From positions 767,852 to 831,851 of the forward strand of contig OZ025657.1 in NCBI GenBank assembly GCA_964019335.1: 64,000 nt of DNA, written 5' to 3'. This document shows positions 57,699 to 64,000 of this stretch, piece by piece; position 1 is the stretch's first letter; each line of letters opens with the position of its first letter. Under the pieces are notes generated by a model. It had not been told where the DNA came from. It did not search any database and was given only the letters and a program-made list of their open reading frames with translations. The translations under genes and the position numbers were made by a program. This DNA comes from Diplonema japonicum (taxonomy: Eukaryota > Protista > Euglenozoa: Diplonemea).

Positions 57699-59055
57699 AT
57701 GAATGGAAAGAGAGAGGGATCAGGTGAAGAGGTGAACGATATGACAGTGTTCGTGAAGACGGGAGGCGGGGTTCACGATGTGGAAGTGTCGGGGAAGGAG
57801 ACGGTGGGGATCCTGTACAAGAAGGCGGGGTGTGCTGCTGGTTTACTCGAAGGCAAGTTCAAACTGGTTTGGGAGGGAGAGGTCCTGGACAGGAACGGGG
57901 GTGAAGATATCCAGGAACTCGGGCTCGTGGAGGGCAGCGTGGTACATGTGGAGGCGAAGATGAGAACCGTTCAGCTGGAGGAGCTTGAGAGCTCAGAAGT
58001 GGTTTCAGAGCTTGAGGAGCTTGTGACAGCTGACCCTGAGCTGGTTCTGGTGGTGGAGGTGGGGAACTCGCCAGCTGTCGAAGTCTTGTCCATGAAGACG
58101 ACGGTCCTTCCTTCTGGACTTCGGTTCCTCGTTGTCACCGACTCCACAGGCTGTGTTACAAGGATAGGCTCTGGGTTTCTTGAAGAGTGCGACCACCTGA
58201 CGTCTGTTGATCTCATCCTCCCCCAATGTTTCCACCATTGATAAAAAATTTTTATATGAGTGCAAAAATCTAGAAACCATCGACTTGAATGCGATGACCA
58301 ATCTTTCTTCTATTGGTGATAGCTTCTTGTCTGGGTGCGTAAAACTAGAAACCATCAACTTGAATGCGATGACCAATCTTTCTTCCATTGGTCATGGCTT
58401 CTTGAAAGGGTGTGTACTAGAAACCATCAACTTGAATGCGATGACCAATCTTTCTTCTATTGGTGATTACTTCTTGTATGAGTGCGTACTAGAAACCATC
58501 AACTTGAATACGTTGACCAATCTTTCTTCCATTGGTCATAGCTTCTTGTCTGGGTGTAAAAAACTAGAAACCATCGACTTGAATGCGATGACCAATCTTT
58601 CTTCCATTGGCAATAGCTTCTTGGGTGGGTGTGAAAAACTAGAAACCATCGACTTGAATGCGTTGACCAATCTTTCTTCCATTGGCGATAACTTCTTGTC
58701 TGGGTGTAAAAAACTAGAAACCATCGACTTGAATGTGATGACCAATCTTTCTTCCATTGGTGATGACTTCTTGTCTGAGTGCGAAAAACTGGAAACCATC
58801 GACTTGAATGCGTTGACCAATCTTTCTTCCATTGGTCATGGCTTCTTGATTGAGTGCGTAAAACTAGAAACCATCGACTTGAATGCGTTGACCAATCTTT
58901 CTTCCATTGGTGATGGCTTCGTGGCTTGGTGCGAAAAACTAGAAACCATCGACTTGAATGCGTTGACCAATCTTTCTTCCATTGGTCATAGCTTCTTGAA
59001 GGGGTGCGTAAAAGTAGAAACTGTCGACTTGAATTTAAGAAAAGTCGGTGTTTAG
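57699..59055 (+). pseudogene. Ubiquitin-like plus BspA-type LRR gene with a frameshift near 58210-58225
   Basis: ORF 57699-58241 holds the Ubl and the first LRR (VTRIGSGFLEECDHLTSVDL). The LRR array continues in another frame (58207-59055). No GT-AG intron at the junction, so pseudogene or sequence error. Confidence 0.65.
58276..59035 (+). repeat. Coding tandem repeat, ~10 near-identical 75-nt (25-aa) LRR units, two of them 72 nt
   Basis: The unit gaaaccatcgacttgaatgcg(a/t)tgaccaatctttcttccattggt recurs; protein TNLSSIGxxFLxxCxKLETIDLNAx. Confidence 0.95.
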
Positions 59056-60074
59056 AAGAAGAAGAAAAAAAGAGGGGAAAAAAAGAAGAAAAAAGAACAC
59101 CCTGGCGCTGAGAAACATCTTTGTGGAAAAACCAACGGAAAGCAATACAATACCTCGAAGACACCGGGGACCTGCCCCCCTCCGCAACAACTCCACAACA
59201 ACTAACCTGCTGAAGTAGCATGCCGATCAGAAGGCGGCTGAGGCACTTGTCATTTAATCAGAATCCCGAGATCCCATCCCTGATCCCCAAATAGAGAGTG
59301 TACCATCCTGTTTCTCGCGGAAACAGAGAACCTACCCCCTCCCCACCACAGCACCCGACCAATCAGATGCAACAGTGTGAAAAAAAAAAAAGCCCCCCTC
59401 TCCCCAAACAAAACAAACAAACAAACAAACATTTCCCCACCCCCGATAACGTATAATTAAGAAAAAATATGGGGGGGAAAGGATACTGAGGTCCGGCACC
59501 CTTAGTAGCCAAAAAAAAAAGGGAAGGGAAGGGAAGGGACCCTCCCCCTGACCTACAGCAACCCGCCCCCTAAAAGAAAAAAATAGGCGGCAGGCAGTCG
59601 AACGCTGCGTGTGTGGTGTTGCTGTGTGGGTTGTCGGTGCTGTGCTGTTGCTGTGCGCGCTGTCTGGTGTTTTCCTCCCTCCTCCCGCCCCCAAGTCCCG
59701 GCGCTCAGCTCCACCAGCGTCTCACATCAGACGCCAGCTGAGCAGCCTCACCCCCGGCCCCCTACTCCAGGCCGCGAAAAGCCCGACACAACTGTGTTGA
59801 CCCCTGACAACTTCGGTCAAGTCAAAGTCGGCAAACTCCCTTAGAAAAAAAAAAAAAAAAAAAGTAGACTTGTTATCTTCCCTTTCTTTCCTTTCTTTCT
59901 TTTGTTGTCTGTGTTCATCTGTAAAAAAAAAAAAAAAGTCACCTAGAAATCCCTGTATTTTCCTTTCTCTTTTTTTTGTTTTTGTTTTTTGTTTTTGTTT
60001 GTTTTTACATAGAAATCCACTAGAAATCCTCTTTCCTTTCTTCTTTCTTCTCTTTTCTCTCTTTTCCTTTCTTT

Positions 60075-60075
<1 letters not shown>

Positions 60076-60109
<34 letters not shown>
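60076..60109 (+). repeat. Poly(T) tract in a low-complexity region
   Basis: Directly visible homopolymer. Confidence 0.85.
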
Positions 60110-60111
<2 letters not shown>

Positions 60112-60485
60112 AAATAACAATGGACCCACCCGTGCGAAACTAGGGGGAAGAAACTAAAGGGAGGAGGATATCGGGGTGCACGGCGGAGTGAACAAGGGAC
60201 GGGAAAGGCTTTTTTTATTTACAGTGAGCACCCCCATGCACACTGAAATTTTATCGAGTTTACTTTCGTTCTTTCTCGTTCACTGGGAACCAAGGAGAGG
60301 TAGGGGGGGAAAAAGGTGAAAAGAAGTTCAAGAAAGTTGGGGGGGTGGGAGGGCTATCGAAACTTGAGAGGAAGAGATGGAGGAGGGAAAAAGAATTAAT
60401 TAATTTCTTTTTTTTTTTTTTTTTTTAAACCTAGAACCCATATCAAACAATCTTTTTCATTTTCTTTCTTTTAAACTTTTAAACT

Positions 60486-60523
60486 ACCAACGATTCTAAA
60501 GCTACAGTTTCTGTACTTTATTG
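60486..60523 (+). other. Spliced-leader exon copy 2 (nt 2-39)
   Basis: Identical 38-mer to 56316-56353, followed by the same GTCGTTCGTGTTCTGCTGG. Confidence 0.9.
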
Positions 60524-60694
60524 GTCGTTCGTGTTCTGCTGGTGCCTGCCGCCTCTGCCTGGGTTTGCTGCTGCGTCCGTCGTCCGTCGTCGCCGTCGTC
60601 CGGGGGGGTTGTTTTGCCTGTCGGCCTGCCCGCCGCTTACCGAAAGGATCCCCTCCCCCAACACACACTTTAAAAAAAATAAAAAAAATAAAAA

Positions 60695-61752
60695 ATGGAT
60701 CCAAGACGGAACGCAAGAGGAGGTGACCGCGCAAACCGCAGGGAGAAGGAACCCCGACAGGCCGCCAGGCTGCACACGACGCCAGGGCCGACCCAACCAG
60801 ACTATCTGGTTGGGCAGTATGAATCCCCACCCCCACCCCCTAGATCCCCCCACCCCCCTTTAGAAAAAAAAATAAAATAAAAAAATCACTAGCAGAGACC
60901 GCGGTTTTGACCGCCGCTGCTACAGCCACGGCCGCCCCAGCCGCCCTGAACGCCGCAGCCGACCCTGCCGCCCTGATCGCCGCAACTGAGACCGCCGCAG
61001 CCGCCCCTGCCGCAGCCACGACCGCCGCGACCACGACCCCTGCAGCCGACCCTGCTATTGTTGAAGAGGGAAGAAAAGAGGGAGAAAAAAAGGGGTGGGT
61101 ACTGGTGTATGGTGAACACCCTCCCGGGTTGAGGACGGGCCCGGCCCCTGCCTTCCCGAAAGCCCTGCTTTCAGGAAAGTGGGAGGCCCTGTCTGGGAAC
61201 TCAGGGAGGGAGACCCTCCAATACGGGTACCGGTGGGAGGGGACGAACGCCAAGGTGCGCCCCACCACGGGGATCCCAGCAGGGGGGGCGGAGGGGTGGG
61301 TGAGGGAGGTGGCCGCCGCCGCAGGGCTCGAGGTGGTCCCCAACCAGGTACTTGTCAACAAGTACAAGTCTGGTTGTGGGATTGCCGCCCACAAGGACGA
61401 CGCGAGGCTGGGACCGATTGTCCTAGTCCTCTCGTACGGAGCCGAGACCACAATGGTCATGAGGAGGGGGGACAGGGTGGCGAAATACCTGGTGCCCCCC
61501 TTCTCATGGGCATTGTTGGAAGGTGAAGCGAGACACCAGTGGACGCACCACATCCCGTCCGGGATGTCCACTGGTGTCAGGGTGTCGATCACCCTGCGTG
61601 CGGTAGGCCCCAAGCTCACCCGCACACCCCAGAAAGACCCATCCCCTGGGTTAACAGACGAACCCCCTTTTTTAGATCCCCTTTTTGTGGGCAAGGGGGG
61701 GTGGCACTCCCAAGAGAGGATAGTGCCCCACCCGCCCCCCTTTTTTTTTTAG
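60695..61752 (+). pseudogene. Element polyprotein part 1: Ala-rich N-terminus plus AlkB-family 2OG-Fe(II) dioxygenase domain
   Basis: ATG 60695 (MDPRRNARGG) with a 1-nt break in the A-run at ~60863-60885. PNQVLVNKY, GIAAHKD (HxD at 61390-61398), LSYGA, GEARHQWTHHIP (distal His) and RVSITLR (R-x5-R) form a complete AlkB catalytic set. Confidence 0.85.
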
Positions 61753-62162
61753 AACCCTCTTCGGAGGAAAACAGACCCTCTTCGGAGGAAAATAGAGAGA
61801 AAGGGGAAGAGGTGGCACTCCCGAGAGAGGGTGGTGCTCCTCCCCCCCATTTGTCCCCCCCTTTTTCATTTTTAGAGCCCTCTCCAGAGGAACCCTCCAC
61901 GGAGGTAAAAAACAGACCCTCTTCGGAGGAAAACAGAGAGAGAGGGGAAGAGGTGGCACTCCCGAGAGAGGGTAGTGTTCCTCCCCCCCATTCGTCCCCC
62001 CCTTTTTCTTTTATAGAGCCCTCTCCAGAGGGACCCTCCACGGAGGTGAAAAACAGACCCTCTTCGGAGGAAAAAAAGGCAGAGGGAGAGACAGCACGCC
62101 CGAGAGAAGGTAGTGCCCCTCCCTCTCTGCCCCCCATTTTTTCTGGACCCTCTACGGAGGTG
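61701..62162 (+). repeat. ~3 tandem 141-nt (47-aa) units inside the element ORF
   Basis: agaccctcttcggaggaaaa recurs at 61773, 61914 and 62055 (period 141); protein RPSSEENREKGEEVALPREG..PPFSFLEP. Confidence 0.9.
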
Positions 62163-63048
62163 TACACCCTGGTCCCCAAGGGCCGGGGGCTTTTTTTGAG
62201 GGTGGAAGGGAAAGAAAAAAAAAAAACAAACAAGGAGGAACCTTTTTTCTTTTCAAACAACCAGGGGGACCCAGCACCCACCCCCACCGCCCGCCAAGGT
62301 GTGGTTGGGGCGGAGGCTGCGAGCGACGTGAGAGCACCACTGCACACCCTTGTGAGAAGACAGAAAAGAGCCCCCTGGATTGCCATGGGTGGCAGGGAAC
62401 CTAAGCCAGCGCCCAAGCGGAAGAAGAACAGGAGGAGGCACAGGAGCGAAGCGGCCCTTCAGAGGCGTCGGGAGAAGAGGACCAAGGCGAGGGAGGGGGC
62501 GAGGGAGGCTGCCAGACAGGAGAAGAAAAGGCACCGTCGTGCGAGGAAAGAAGGGAGGAGGAGGGCCCGCAGAGAGGAACACGAGGCCGCCCTGGAACAG
62601 AAGCCAGATGACCCTGCAATGGGGCTGAAGCGGACCGAGGTGGGAACGCCTGGAGCCCAACCCCTGGCACCCAGAATCCCGGCACCTGGGGCTGCAACCG
62701 GCACAAGGAGGCACCGCAGACGGACGGGACACAGCAAGGAAGGGGTGAGATGGGAGCACCTGGGGGCGTGGGCCTGGGTCGCCCTGTTCTCCCTCTTGCT
62801 GATCCCAGGGGTGAGGCAGGTGCTGGGGGCGGGCATCGGGATGGCCCCCTCCTTCCTGCATGCGGCAGTGTTGTGGAAGAGGCCGGGGAGCGACAGGAGG
62901 ACCACCCGCAGGTCAAGGGTACAGGTGGGGCCCCGAGGGGATGAATGGTCCGCCGGGGAGCTCGCTTGGCTAGCGGTAGGGGGCACTCTGGTGGGAAGCA
63001 CTTCAGTTTGGATAGGGGGGCTGATGTCGCTCTGGGCCATGGTGGAAG

Positions 63049-64000
63049 CTCTGGGCCATGGTGGAAGTGATGGTGGGGAAAGCTGGTGCTGGCCCGACCC
63101 AGAGATTCGGACCGGTAAAGCTGAAGAAGACAAGACGCGGATCGAGAGGTCACTACCGGCCGGTGTACTTGGGCCCGCCTAGAAGCTCAAGACGCAGAAA
63201 AAAGAAGGAGGACGCCAAGCAAGCGGCGAAGGAACGAGCTGAGACGGAGGATAAGCTCTTTCAGGCCGAACACCTGGGCCCCTTTGCGGACTTGACGCTG
63301 GCAGGGGACGCGTTGCAAGGAGGTGGTGACCCTCCCCCCATGGATTTGGATGATGAGCACATGGAGGCGCAGAAGGAGGGGGAAAAAGAAGGATCAGACA
63401 AACATCAATGCCGGATGGAAGACTGCTCTTTCCGCACCAGTGTGGCAAGCTGTCTAGTTAAACACCTCAATGCGGTCCACCATCATTTTGTGAAACAAGA
63501 GCAGGCGAGGAGCATGAAGGTGAACCTCTGTGGAACGTGTGCTGCGGCGTGCTCGTCGAACCAGACGCACTGTGCACTACACAGGCAGCGGAATCTGTGG
63601 AACCCCGACAAACAACCCAGGGCCGGCAAGTCAGTGGACGAGATCATGAAGAGCTTCAAGCTGACGAGGAGATCGACGGAGAAGGACGGGAACTGCATGT
63701 TCCACGCCCTGGCCGGTTCGCTCGGGGAAGCCTACGGCGACCACACCCACATCAGGAGCGAGGTTGTAGAATGGATGAAACACCGGGAGGAGCACTATGC
63801 CCCGTTTTGCAGTGAGGGTTGGGGCCGGTACTTGGAAGGGATGGGCACAGCAGCGACGTGGGGAGACCACTTGTGCCTGGCAGCCGCAGCACAAGCGTTT
63901 GGCCGCACGATACTCGTGGTTGCTGGGGGGAACAACCCAGTCCTGATGATAGGGGAGTACAACTCCGACCACGAGAAGGTGGTGGTGCTGGCGTACAACG
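63049..64000 (+). CDS. Element polyprotein part 3 (not in ORF track): C2H2 zinc finger, Cys/His cluster and OTU cysteine protease, open to window end
   Basis: Manual translation in the frame of 63061: CRMEDCSFRTSVASCLVKHLNAVH (63409-63480), CGTCAAACSSNQTHCALH, then DGNCMFHALA..IRSEVVEWM..YLEGM...WGDHLCLAAAAQAFGRTILV..VVLAYN (OTU; the catalytic His is expected just past base 64000). Confidence 0.85.

Larger units (their letters stand above)
60486..64000 (+). mobile_element. SL-headed putative non-LTR retroelement (CRE/SLACS-like), continues beyond window
   Basis: SL exon at the 5' end, a second dispersed copy, internal tandem repeats, and a broken polyprotein with AlkB, zinc fingers and OTU. 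RT and endonuclease are not within the window. Confidence 0.6.

Noticed and set aside
58276-59035. CRISPR-like array
   Set aside because: Units are 75/72-nt in-frame coding LRR repeats without unique spacers; eukaryotic context and no cas genes.
59110-59215. 3' remnant of an ingi/I-like LINE ORF (LWKNQRKAIQYLEDTG)
   Set aside because: Too short to support without a search.

Overview
Eukaryotic genomic DNA, most likely from a diplonemid (Euglenozoa). Two copies of a spliced-leader (SL) exon sequence (ACCAACGATTCTAAAGCTACAGTTTCTGTACTTTATTG) resemble the Diplonema-type SL as I recall it. All ~19 protein genes lie on the + strand with short spacers, and the genes carry 32-49 nt GT-AG introns. 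Bases 1-29575 are the 3' part of one giant Cys-rich extracellular multidomain protein (at least 9,806 aa in the window, an uninterrupted reading frame of ~28 kb, four micro-introns at the 3' end). Bases 30.5-55.7 kb are a compact co-directional gene cluster: PfkB kinase, YbjN-like, LYR, Ubl-ankyrin, FAM20-like kinase, SPRY-like, a TPR/Mlp-like coiled coil, a GH38/DUF5054-like hydrolase, F-box/Tudor-like, DnaJ, two membrane STE-like kinases, Sen54-like, PPR and a type I membrane protein. From ~55.8 kb the sequence is repetitive. It holds a frameshifted Ubl-LRR gene and two copies of a dispersed element that begins with the SL exon. The longer copy (60486 to the window end) encodes a broken polyprotein: AlkB 2OG-Fe(II) dioxygenase, 47-aa repeats, a basic tract, hydrophobic segments, zinc fingers and an OTU protease. 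The zinc-finger/OTU part is missing from the ORF track because it runs off the window. This SL-headed AlkB/OTU element, probably a CRE/SLACS-related retroelement, is the most unusual thing here, but no reverse transcriptase is visible in the window. All family assignments are by-eye motif recognition, not database searches.
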